Part shown: one piece after another, positions 31,844 through 40,465 of the stretch | How positions within the stretch are numbered: the first letter of the stretch is position 1 | Layout: each line of letters opens with the position of its first letter | NCBI GenBank assembly: GCA_963668175.1 | Contig: OY764159.1 | Span: 2,176,001 to 2,240,000, forward strand | DNA: 64,000 bases | Direction of reading: 5' to 3' | DNA from: Syntrophales bacterium | Lineage (GTDB): Bacteria > Desulfobacterota > Syntrophia > Syntrophales > PHBD01 | Position numbers and translations under genes: made by a program | Notes under the pieces: model-generated | Databases searched by the model: none | Told to the model about the DNA's origin: nothing | Seen by the model: only the letters and a program-made list of their open reading frames with translations

Positions 31844-33340
31844 TTACGCGACGGGTTTTTCCTTCGCCACCGTCCGGGCGCAGAGCTGGCCGAAGACGAG
31901 GCAGTCCACCGTGGCGTTATGGCCGAGGCGGTTCGCGCCGTGGGTCCCTCCCGTCACCTCGCCGGCGGCGAAGAGTCCGGGGATGGGCTTGCCGGTGCGG
32001 TCGATGACCTCCCCCGTCGTCCCCTTCACGAGCAGGCCGCCCATCGTGTGGTGGCGCTGCATGGCCCGGCTGTTCCCCTGGAAGGGGCCCGTCCGGATGG
32101 GGGTGAGGACCGACGGATGCTTCCCCAAAACCGCGTCCTTCTTTGCATCGCAGGCGGCGTTGTATTCCCGGACCGTCGCCACGAGGCTTCCCTTGGGCAG
32201 GTTCAGTTTCGCTTCCAGCTCTTCGATGGTGTCGGCCTTCATCTCCGGCAGCGGCTCGAAAAGCGGCTGCGCGAGGACGGCCTCCTTGATGACGTCGCGG
32301 CGGGCGCTTTCGTCGACGAAGCGCTTGCCGTCCTTGTTGACGAAGATCCGGTAGGGCATGCTGGCCGAGGCCTTGCGCACCTCTTCGCTCTCGATGAGGT
32401 AGAAGCTGGCCTTGTACGGCGGCTTCACGTCGTTCAGCGGGATCGCCTGGATGTAGTCCATGTGGAGCGTATCCGCGCCGACGTCCTGGGCGAACTTGAT
32501 GCATTCCCCCGTGGCCCCCGGGTGGTTGGTCGTTCCCGTCGAGGCGAGGCGGCGGTCGAGCTGGGTCACCCAGGCGATGTTGGCGCCGAATCCGCCGCTG
32601 GCGAGAATGACGCCCCGCCTGGCCTTGAAGTACATCTTCTTTCCCTTGAGCTTCACCTCGACGCCGAGGACGCGGCCGTCCAGGGGCTTTTCCCGGACGA
32701 AGCCCGTCACTTCGTGCCCGAGGAGCACGGGCTGGCCGATCCTGTCCATTTCATCCAGCATGGCATGGATATTGGCCGCCCCCATCTTCCAGTTCCGGCC
32801 TTTCGCGTCCTTGTAGGTGCCGGGATAATGCGTCCGCTCCCAGAGGGCGCCGTAGCCCCGGACGACCTTCTCCGGCCATTTGACGCCGAGGCGCTCGAGG
32901 TAGTTCACGGCGTCCTCGAGGGCATGGTCCACGAAGTAGCGGACCTTTTCCGGATCGTTGATGTTGTCGCCCCCTTCCATCGTGTTCTTGAAATGCAGAT
33001 CCGTGGAATCCTCGATGCCCTGGCGGTTCTGCCGCACCGGGTCCACGGCGTTCGCGCCTCCGTGGGCGATGACCGAGTTGCCGCCCGCGACGGGCATCTT
33101 CTCCAGCACGACGACGCTCATCTTGAGCTGGCGCGAGACGATCGCCGCGGCGAGTCCCGAATAGCCCGACCCGACGATCACGACGTCCGCCGTCTGGTCC
33201 CATTTCTTCGGTACGGGGACGGCCTCGGCGCGGCCCGGGGAGAGCGACATCGCTCCCACGGCGGCCCCGGCCAGGGCGGTTGTTTTGATGAAATCCCTTC
33301 TTGACAGTTTTCCCTTTTGATTCTCTTCTCTCGTTTTCAT
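31844..33340 (-). CDS. Tat-exported flavocytochrome c-type FAD-binding reductase (fumarate/urocanate reductase family, no heme domain)
   Basis: SRRDFIK; VGSGYSG; GGNS; HHTMGG; GLFAAGEVTGG.HGANRLG. Confidence 0.88.
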   Translation of the reverse strand: MKTREENQKGKLSRRDFIKTTALAGAAVGAMSLSPGRAEAVPVPKKWDQTADVVIVGSGYSGLAAAIVSRQLKMSVVVLEKMPVAGGNSVIAHGGANAVDPVRQNRQGIEDSTDLHFKNTMEGGDNINDPEKVRYFVDHALEDAVNYLERLGVKWPEKVVRGYGALWERTHYPGTYKDAKGRNWKMGAANIHAMLDEMDRIGQPVLLGHEVTGFVREKPLDGRVLGVEVKLKGKKMYFKARRGVILASGGFGANIAWVTQLDRRLASTGTTNHPGATGECIKFAQDVGADTLHMDYIQAIPLNDVKPPYKASFYLIESEEVRKASASMPYRIFVNKDGKRFVDESARRDVIKEAVLAQPLFEPLPEMKADTIEELEAKLNLPKGSLVATVREYNAACDAKKDAVLGKHPSVLTPIRTGPFQGNSRAMQRHHTMGGLLVKGTTGEVIDRTGKPIPGLFAAGEVTGGTHGANRLGHNATVDCLVFGQLCARTVAKEKPVA

Positions 33341-33573
33341 TCTCGACCTCCTGTAGTCAGAACACGCACTAAGATTATCCGGATAAGGGATTGATTTGAT
33401 AACGTGTCGAAAGGGTTAGCAGGAATGGCGATGCCGTGTCAACGGAATAATGGCCGCCGGGACGATTGCAGGACAGGAGGGGGGCCGGCCGGCGCGTATC
33501 GTAGATCGGTAAATCGTGAGAACGGCGTTCGCCCGCCGTCAAGCGATGATTCGTTCGGCCTAGGGGCGAGGCG

Positions 33574-33861
33574 TCATTCCAGGAACTCGAATTCCGATAT
33601 CCACTCGTCGAGTTCGGCCCGGATTTCCGGCGTCAGCGGGTATGCCTCCATGAGGAGGTCGTGCAGCTCGGGGGCGAGGGCGCGGACCTCGCCGTAATCG
33701 GGGGCGGTGGCCATAAGCTGGCGCAGGCCGATGGAGACGTCGAGCCCCCGGTCGCGGAAGGCCTCCCACGTGCGGACCCGGTCGATCCAGGCGAAGTCCC
33801 ACCCCGTTTCCGGCAGGGGCGGCAGGGCCTCGTACCGCCTTCTGATATCGTCTTGATCCAT
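33574..33861 (-). CDS. Hypothetical protein
   Basis: 95-aa ORF with host-like codon usage; RBS AAGGA. Confidence 0.65.
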   Translation of the reverse strand: MDQDDIRRRYEALPPLPETGWDFAWIDRVRTWEAFRDRGLDVSIGLRQLMATAPDYGEVRALAPELHDLLMEAYPLTPEIRAELDEWISEFEFLE

Positions 33862-33904
33862 GTTTACCGTTCCTTGTGACCATGTCCCCGGATTGCGGCC
33901 GGGG

Positions 33905-33979
33905 ATTGGTTACTTCTTTGCTTCTTCCTGAGCGCCCGGGTCCGTTATTTTTTTCCTTCTGCGGGCCCGTTCGCGGCGC
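33905..33979. repeat. Direct repeat copy A (75 bp, 71/75 identical to 34661-34735)
   Basis: ATTGGTTACTTCTTTGCTTCTTCCTGAGCGCCCGGG...GCGGCGC. Confidence 0.9.
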
Positions 33980-34024
33980 TGAAAATCGGCCGGAGCGGCG
34001 CATTAACAAATAGGATTTCGGAGA

Positions 34025-34411
34025 TTATTGAAAAAAGCGCTCCATCATTGGAACATCCGATAAATAGGTATCGATTTTCCTGATGAGGCCGGAATCGATC
34101 GTGAGAACCGTTGCAAGTTCTTCGTCGAGTATCCGACCGTCCGGCTTGGTTGCAGTGTTATGCAGGGAAAGCGTTATGCCGAACTGACCGATTAATATGT
34201 AATGAAGCTCCGTTTTAGTGCCATGTTCGATGATGGTTTTGACCCGTTCGACGACGGCATCGATGCCGACAGCAACACCTGAAATTTTGCCGTTGCCCGG
34301 AAGGCTCCAATGAATATCTTTATGCAGCAGCCGTGTTATGCGTTCGAAGTCGCGAGCTGCATAGGCTGCCAGGAATTCCTCGGCGATTTTGCGATCTGCT
34401 TGGTTTGTCAT
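34025..34411 (-). CDS. SnoaL-like/NTF2 family protein, lower GC
   Basis: FLAAY...DIHWSLPG...SG...G; RBS AAGGAG. Confidence 0.85.
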   Translation of the reverse strand: MTNQADRKIAEEFLAAYAARDFERITRLLHKDIHWSLPGNGKISGVAVGIDAVVERVKTIIEHGTKTELHYILIGQFGITLSLHNTATKPDGRILDEELATVLTIDSGLIRKIDTYLSDVPMMERFFQ

Positions 34412-34606
34412 TTCTTCTCCTTTGTGTTCGTTCGGTCATGCCGGGACCGACTGTGTCATACCGCAAGAACGTACGCGGTGCGGTCTGCAAGGCATCCATC
34501 CATGAAGTGTCTCGCGGGACTTCGTGTTCATATCCCATATTCCGGAAAGAACATCAATGATTGCGGCTCGAAAATTCGTATATCCGTCAAAACCGCCGGA
34601 TGCTCT

Positions 34607-34735
34607 CTTTCAGGAAGCAAGCTGCGGATAACGAGGCGGCCGGTTTGATGCGGTCCGGGTATTGGTTACTTCTTTGCTTCTTCCTGAGCGCCCGGGGCCG
34701 TTATTTTTTTCCTTCTGCGCGCCCATTTGCGGCGC
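34607..34735. repeat. Composite repeat copy B: 34607-34659 matches 35678-35730 (47/53) and 34661-34735 matches 33905-33979
   Basis: Direct alignment by eye. Confidence 0.9.
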
Positions 34736-34867
34736 GCGGCGCTGAACGCCGCGAATGGGGCCTGACAGGCGTGAAAAGAAGGTTACGGTGTGTCCGGAGA
34801 GAAATGGTTCACCTACAAAGAGTGAGTCATGGCAGCTTATCGGAAGTAAGCATTACGGATCGAAAGA

Positions 34868-34957
34868 GAGTAACACCAGCGTAACCAGCGCGGGCGTGAC
34901 CACCTGGCAGAAAAAGCACCGCTATCTACCCGAGTCGGGTTCACGCATTCGTTAGCC
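34868..34957 (-). mobile_element. Integron attC recombination site (solitary)
   Basis: R'' GGCTAAC, 5-nt spacer, L'' CGTGAACC, CGAC, variable loop, L' GGTTACG, 5-nt spacer, R' GTTACTC; L'' minus one G is the exact complement of L'. Confidence 0.8.
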
Positions 34958-35419
34958 TCTCGCTTTATCTATACGATCAATCAGTTCCACAATATCCGGG
35001 TTCTTCTTAAAAGGAATGAAACTCATAGGCGGTGAAAAGCTCAGATCTTCTCCAAGTTCGGTCATTCGGCGAAGAGTTATAGTCACTCTTGGCGGGCTAA
35101 CCATTACAGAGTAACTGACATTCTTGATTTCGTTCAGGTTGACCCGGACCTCTTTCTGCCCGTTCTTGAAAAGCAGTGAGGTACCTTCGTCATACACTTC
35201 GTTGATGAGGTCGAAAACCAGTTTCTTCATTATAAAATAGAAGAAGGCCACCATGAAAAGGGGCATGATGATTGGCATAACCGAAGCTAATGAGTAGAAA
35301 TTGGAGCCTTTGGACATCTGAAACAAGGCCGTTACCATGAACAAGCCCAGACATCCGAACAAAAAAATGGGATAAACGGTCTTTAACAGGTATGTGGTTT
35401 TTGATGACAATCTCTTCAT
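34952..35419 (-). CDS. Hypothetical 2-TM protein, AT-rich, integron cassette-like
   Basis: Stop codon TAA lies inside the attC R'' box. Confidence 0.8.
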   Translation of the reverse strand: MKRLSSKTTYLLKTVYPIFLFGCLGLFMVTALFQMSKGSNFYSLASVMPIIMPLFMVAFFYFIMKKLVFDLINEVYDEGTSLLFKNGQKEVRVNLNEIKNVSYSVMVSPPRVTITLRRMTELGEDLSFSPPMSFIPFKKNPDIVELIDRIDKARG

Positions 35420-35446
35420 GTCTATTTTTCAGGATTGACAATTAAT

Positions 35447-35588
35447 ATACCCAATGGGTATTTTCCTATGTTTTGCGCTATACTAATTTATTTTAGGGAA
35501 AATAAAAAGATATTTATCTTGTGAAATCAAGTCTAGCTCTTACCATTGGGTATTTTATGTTAATAAAGACTAAATACCTCGGTGGTTT
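35447..35588. promoter_or_regulatory. AT-rich region with repeated ATACC-N5-GGTAT operator-like palindromes
   Basis: Perfect ATACCCA-A-TGGGTAT at 35447-35461; CCATTGGGTATTTT near 35543; ATACC-TCGGT-GGTTT at 35574-35588. Confidence 0.5.
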
Positions 35589-35677
35589 TTACGGTAATAT
35601 TGTCCAACGCAAGAAAAATCGCCTTCAATGATTACCGATTGGAAGATGCATTGTATTATTAGATCCGGATTACGCAG

Positions 35678-35730
35678 CTTTCAGGAAGCAAGTTGCGGAT
35701 ACCGGTGCCCCCGGTTTGATGCGGTCCGGG
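35678..35730. repeat. Direct repeat copy C (53 bp), immediately downstream of the ferredoxin gene stop
   Basis: CTTTCAGGAAGCAAG...CCGGTTTGATGCGGTCCGGG also at 34607-34659. Confidence 0.9.
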
Positions 35731-35736
35731 GCGCCG

Positions 35737-36744
35737 TTATTTCTTTTCTGTTTCCGGTGTGCCCGGCGTGCGCGGTGCGGCTGACTCTGCGGGTTTGTCG
35801 CGAAGCTCGGCGGGTTCGGCCGTGACGATCCCTTTCCGGGCCTTGAATTTGTTGAAGCCGTAGAGCTTCGTGCCGCTCATCTCCATCTCCATGGCCTCGG
35901 TGGGGCAGTTGTTGAGGCAGCCGAAACAGGCGATGCAGCGGTCGCGGTCGATCGCGGCCGCATCGATGTCGATTGCCTTGACGGGGCAGACGGCGGCGCA
36001 GGTCCCGCAGCGGATGCAGATGCTCCGGTTGATGGCGTGCTTCGCGATCCGCGATTTTGACAGCCTCGCAATGGGCAGGGCGGCGGCGAATTCCCGGAGG
36101 GTGACGTTCCGCGAAAACGTTATGGCCTGGACCTTCCGGATGCGATCCAGGACGGCCGCGCTGAAGGCGCGGACGCGCTCGTACGTCGCCTCGTCCGGCA
36201 GGTGCATGTGGCCCTCGATGCCGGGGCCTTTCCAGTCCGGGAAGGGGAAGGTGCCGATGTTCATGAAGGCGTCCAGTCCCACGGGGACGCCGCCTTTCTT
36301 CGTCAAGCGTTCCAGGATCGAGCAGCCGGCATTGTGCTGGTTCCCTTCCGGGCCGCCGAAGGAGACGTAGGCGGCGGCCGCAATGCCGTCAAGAACGGGC
36401 AGGCCGTCCAGCCATTGCCTCACGTTGGACGGGGCGTCGTAGTACTGGACGGCCGACCCGACGACGACGAGGTCGCAGCCGGGAAGGGCCGCGATGTCGA
36501 ACCGTCGCATGTCGCCGGAGGAAACGGTCAGGCCCGCCAGCTCCAATCTGCGCGCGATCAGCCGGCCGTACCGCTCCGTGTGGCCCGTCTGGCTGTACCA
36601 GAGGACCGCGGCCTTGCGCGGGTCCTTTGTCCTGAGGGGCTTCGCCGCCTCCTGCGTCGCATAGTGCGAACAGCCCGCAGGCCCCAGGGACAATGCCGCA
36701 ACCGCCGCCGCCCCCTTCACGCAAAACGATCGTCTCGTTTCCAT
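35737..36744 (-). CDS. EFR1-like flavodoxin-ferredoxin fusion with Tat-like lipoprotein signal
   Basis: TRRSF...AGC; WYSQTGHT flavodoxin loop; two CxxCxxCxxxCP. Confidence 0.85.
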   Translation of the reverse strand: METRRSFCVKGAAAVAALSLGPAGCSHYATQEAAKPLRTKDPRKAAVLWYSQTGHTERYGRLIARRLELAGLTVSSGDMRRFDIAALPGCDLVVVGSAVQYYDAPSNVRQWLDGLPVLDGIAAAAYVSFGGPEGNQHNAGCSILERLTKKGGVPVGLDAFMNIGTFPFPDWKGPGIEGHMHLPDEATYERVRAFSAAVLDRIRKVQAITFSRNVTLREFAAALPIARLSKSRIAKHAINRSICIRCGTCAAVCPVKAIDIDAAAIDRDRCIACFGCLNNCPTEAMEMEMSGTKLYGFNKFKARKGIVTAEPAELRDKPAESAAPRTPGTPETEKK

Positions 36745-36889
36745 GGTTTCCTCGCTTGTGCGTTTCGTCCGTGTTGTGTATAGAGAATGACATATCAATT
36801 ACAACAGCAGACGGCGCAAAGCAACGGGTTTGTTGCGCCGGGGACGCCGTTCCTGTTCCGATACGGAAACGCAGAAGCCGGAGGGGACG

Positions 36890-37741
36890 ATGATCGTCGA
36901 TTGCCATTGCCACGCCTTTACGGAGCAGGTCGTCCGCAATGTGGTTTCGCGGACGGCGCTGGTGGCGGAACTCAAGCTGGACCCGGAAGCCGGGCGAAGG
37001 GCCGACGCCCGGATTTTAAGCGAATCGGCCGTTGCGCACGGCATCGACTGGTGCATCCTTTTCCCGACGGCCCCTCCGCAGGGTGTGAGGGAGGAGAACG
37101 ACCGCAGCATCGCCGCCGCTTCCTCTCATCCCCGCCTCCGGACCCTGGCGACGCTCCACCCCCGGATGGACGGCCTGGCGGCAGAACTGGAACGGATGCT
37201 CGCCCTGGGGATCGCCGGGTTCAAGTTCTCTTCGTTCTCGCAGCGCTTCGATGTCCTGTCGGAGGAAGCGGGAAGGATGTTTGCGGTTCTGGAAGACGCG
37301 GCCGCCTCGGGCAGGTCGTTCATGGTCGTCCTCGACACGTTCAACCGGGCCGACGTCCACTTCGGGGCCCGTCCGGAGCACATCGCGACGCCCGCGAAGC
37401 TCAACGCCGTCGTCGCCCGCCATCCCGCCCTTTCCTTCCTCGCCGCCCACATGGGAGGCCTCGCGGCCGACTTCGGCCTCATCCGCCGCGACCTGAAACC
37501 GGCCCCTAACCTTTTCCTCGACACGTCCAACGCCGCGCACGTCCTTGCGGAAGGTCAGTTTGTCGAGCTTCTGAAAATCCACGGGGCCGATCGTATTCTT
37601 TTCGGCACGGACTGGCCGTGGTTCGATCACGGCTCCGAAATGGCGCTGATCGACGCCCTTCTGGATTCGGCGGGATTCAGCCGGGCACAGAAAGACGCCG
37701 TTTTCGGCGACAATGCCGCCAGGCTCTTTTCGCTTGACTGA
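36890..37741 (+). CDS. Amidohydrolase family protein (Amidohydro_2-like)
   Basis: IVDCHCH, AAHMGG, LDTS, ILFGTDWP, GDNAARL; RBS GGAGGG. Confidence 0.88.
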   Translation: MIVDCHCHAFTEQVVRNVVSRTALVAELKLDPEAGRRADARILSESAVAHGIDWCILFPTAPPQGVREENDRSIAAASSHPRLRTLATLHPRMDGLAAELERMLALGIAGFKFSSFSQRFDVLSEEAGRMFAVLEDAAASGRSFMVVLDTFNRADVHFGARPEHIATPAKLNAVVARHPALSFLAAHMGGLAADFGLIRRDLKPAPNLFLDTSNAAHVLAEGQFVELLKIHGADRILFGTDWPWFDHGSEMALIDALLDSAGFSRAQKDAVFGDNAARLFSLD

Positions 37742-37831
37742 ACAAAGAAAACACAGAGGAAGGGGAAGAGAGAAGACCGTCAGGGCCGGGCGGCCGTAAC
37801 GGCGGTCGACGAACGGTCGCTGATCCGGCGC

Positions 37832-38116
37832 CTATATCGGCTTCCAGCCGGTGAGACACAGCATCTTGAAACCGAACAGGTTTTGAAGGCCGATCGCCAG
37901 GGGAAAGGGCGACTCGAATCCGACAGGCAGATACACTTTGACCTCGTTGACGACGGACATGCTGTAGTCGCCGGCGTTTTTCGGTATGCCCCGTCTCACG
38001 GACGGACCAAGGTTGATGCGCCCTCAGCAAAGACGCGAGTTCCCCGTGGTGAACAGGTGCACAACGCCGCCTTTGGTCAGCAGGTAATCGCGGGCGGGAT
38101 CGGTGATGGTAAGCAC
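37832..38116 (-). CDS. Probable selenoprotein, HesB-like CC/Se-motif family (94 aa, Sec at codon 31)
   Basis: GTG start with AAAGG RBS; MLTITDPARDYLLTKGG...RLC-U(TGA 38024-38026)-GRINLGPSVRRGIP...VYLP...LFGFKMLCLTGWKPI; frame open for 63 codons after the TGA; absent from the ORF track. Confidence 0.8.
37990..38006 (-). promoter_or_regulatory. Candidate bacterial SECIS hairpin
   Basis: TCCGTC-CGTGA-GACGGG; loop starts 23 nt after the UGA, with G at loop position 2. Confidence 0.6.
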
Positions 38117-38559
38117 GACGATGCCTTTCTGTTTTTTGCTTTACGCCGGTCCGCAATGACCGGGCCGTTTCATTATTCAAAGGGACCCGACCAGTAAGCC
38201 GGGCGTTGCCTTCCCCTGCACCATTTCTTCGCTGGAAGAGACCCCCTCCCCGGAATCAAGCGTTATGGCCTTCCGCTCAAGACTTCCGGCCGTCCGCCGT
38301 CAGATATCCCAACGACCGTGACATTATAGCACGGAAAGGGGGGATTTAAGAAAACAACTTTTCGCGATGCGATCTTTATTAAAACCCTCGGCGATGGGCA
38401 ATAAAACAGAATGGGAGCGGGAGAGCTTCCGCAATATTCAGGACCGGGGGCGATTTCCATCCGGAAAGGAATAAGACGCCCTGATATCGGGTGGAAGAAC
38501 AGGTTGCCCTCCGATCAGGAGCAGGCATCGCCGGAATGCTTTGATTCTGCCGGGCCGTT

Positions 38560-39087
38560 CTATCTCTGTCTCTTCGCGATTTCTTTCAAACGGCTGCCGG
38601 CGAAAGGCTGGAAGGCGAACTGGGCCTCGGACTGGATGCTCGGGCAGCACATGGCGTCGCTCGGCGCGTAATTCTTTGTCGGTACGGCAACGACGACGTC
38701 GTTCTTCGATCGTCTCATTTTGATGTTGCCGGATTCGACGGCGCGTATGCCCTTGCCGCCCACGGCCATGACGTCGATCAGGCTCATCCTCGGCGGGCGG
38801 CCCGCCGCTTCGGCATCCAGGGACGCAAAGACGGCCATGTACTGGATGTGATTGTTGCCGCCGCCGAAGCCCTCAATCGTGAAGACCGCAACAGCCACGG
38901 TTGTGCCGTCCCGGTCCGTCGCGATCCGGATACCGCGGTATTCGGGGGACGAGACGGAATGCGAATCGCCCAGCATCGCCGCCAGCGCCGTCACCCTGGC
39001 GCCGACGTCGTCCCTGATCGCCCGGTCGTCGGCATGAGACAGAACGGGAACAAGTACCAGCAGTGCAGCAAGAATAAATCTTTTCAT
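38560..39087 (-). CDS. Hypothetical secreted protein (DAMCCPS motif)
   Basis: Signal peptide MKRFILAALL...SHA; RBS AAAGGA. Confidence 0.75.
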   Translation of the reverse strand: MKRFILAALLVLVPVLSHADDRAIRDDVGARVTALAAMLGDSHSVSSPEYRGIRIATDRDGTTVAVAVFTIEGFGGGNNHIQYMAVFASLDAEAAGRPPRMSLIDVMAVGGKGIRAVESGNIKMRRSKNDVVVAVPTKNYAPSDAMCCPSIQSEAQFAFQPFAGSRLKEIAKRQR

Positions 39088-39163
39088 GTCTTCATTCCTT
39101 TCGGCGTAACGCCTCGATGGCGCGGGGATTCCCGCAAAAAACGTCCGGCGCGGCTTTGCGCGG

Positions 39164-40195
39164 TCAGGCCGCCGTGTCGTCGTCCCCGCCGATGAAGAGT
39201 CTCCGGCATTCGCGGACATCTTCGCGCTGTTCGGGGGTGTCGCCGGTGGCGCTGTAGTGGCACGTCGTGCAGGGTGCGGCCTTGGGCCCATAGCGGTAGA
39301 GGGCCTTGCGCCAGGCGACGAAGCGGCTGTTCGACCAGAGGAGGAAGATGTCCGTGTCCGCTTCGATCCGTCCCAGGACGTACTTTTCATGTTCCGGCAG
39401 GTCGGGGTAAATGTTGCAGCAGGGCAGCACCCGGCCGTCCCATTCGACCTGAAGCTCCGTGAAGGAGATGAGGCAGGGGTCGGTGCGCGAGTAGTTGGTC
39501 GCGAAGGCGAGGCTCTGCCCCCGGTCGAGCATGTTCGGGACGCCGTCGGCGTTCCGGTAGTAGTAGTCGATGGCGTTCCACGACACGAGCATACCTTCCC
39601 CCGCGTCCACGAAGGCGATGCGCGCGTCCTCCCTGTTTTGCATGTAGTGAAAAGCGAGGCCGAGGCGACGCAGCGCCTCGTCCTGCCTGTGGAAGATGCC
39701 TTCGGGGGCCGTTTCGCCCGGCAGGGCGTGGGTCGTCGCCAGGATCTGAGACACGCCCGCCGCCTTCAGTTCGAAAACGATTTCCTTCGTCAGGTAGTCG
39801 CCGTTGGTGACGACGGCTACGGTGACATCCGGGAGTGCGGCCCGTATTTCACGAACGCGCCTGAGGGCGTAGTCCTTGTCTGCGAGGGGCTCGTTGTACC
39901 GGTGCAGGGCGACCCTTCCCGCGTAGCCGATGGACCTGAGCTGATCGAGGATGGAGGCCATGACGCCGTCGTCGATGAGGTTCCGGGCGGAGCGCCTGTC
40001 CGTGACGGCGTTGGGGCAGTAGGGGCAGACCCGGTTGCAGTAGCTCGATATGGATATCTCCACGTTGGCGACGGAGGCCTTGAACAGCCGGGCCGCCGTG
40101 TCACGGTCGAGACGGTCCTGAAAATGTTCGCGATAGATGTTGACGACCACGTGCCTGCCCCCGGTTGCGCCGTGAAGTATGAGACTTGTCTCCAT
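39164..40195 (-). CDS. Radical SAM protein with SPASM/twitch domain
   Basis: CNRVCPYC, YNEPL, TNGDYL, C-x9-DG.VLPCC...C..C. Confidence 0.9.
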   Translation of the reverse strand: METSLILHGATGGRHVVVNIYREHFQDRLDRDTAARLFKASVANVEISISSYCNRVCPYCPNAVTDRRSARNLIDDGVMASILDQLRSIGYAGRVALHRYNEPLADKDYALRRVREIRAALPDVTVAVVTNGDYLTKEIVFELKAAGVSQILATTHALPGETAPEGIFHRQDEALRRLGLAFHYMQNREDARIAFVDAGEGMLVSWNAIDYYYRNADGVPNMLDRGQSLAFATNYSRTDPCLISFTELQVEWDGRVLPCCNIYPDLPEHEKYVLGRIEADTDIFLLWSNSRFVAWRKALYRYGPKAAPCTTCHYSATGDTPEQREDVRECRRLFIGGDDDTAA

Positions 40196-40465
40196 CGCCG
40201 TACCCTTTTTCCGGGAACTTGTCAATTGCCGGAGAAGGGCTGGCTGCCGGCGGCACATCGCCGGTGCGAAGTCCGGACGTCCGTCCGGGCGGCAGCAGCG
40301 CCCCCTGCCGGGACCGGCTTTTCCGTTGCTTTTCGGCCCCGATTCCGTTAAAGGTAGGAACGCGCCGGGGCAGTCCCGGGCTGCGTATCGTCCGCGGCGG
40401 GTTGCCCGCCCAGCGGGTTTGGGGCCGGCCTTTGCGGCAAACGGCGCCTCTTGGGGAGACCCGCA

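Noticed and set aside
35628..35825. 65-aa plus-strand ORF as the missing repressor
   Set aside because: No HTH pattern; it runs through the repeat and into the antisense of the ferredoxin gene
37677..38197. ORFs 37677-38180 (-) and 37883-38197 (+)
   Set aside because: No recognisable features; the interval is better explained by the Sec-readthrough gene in another frame
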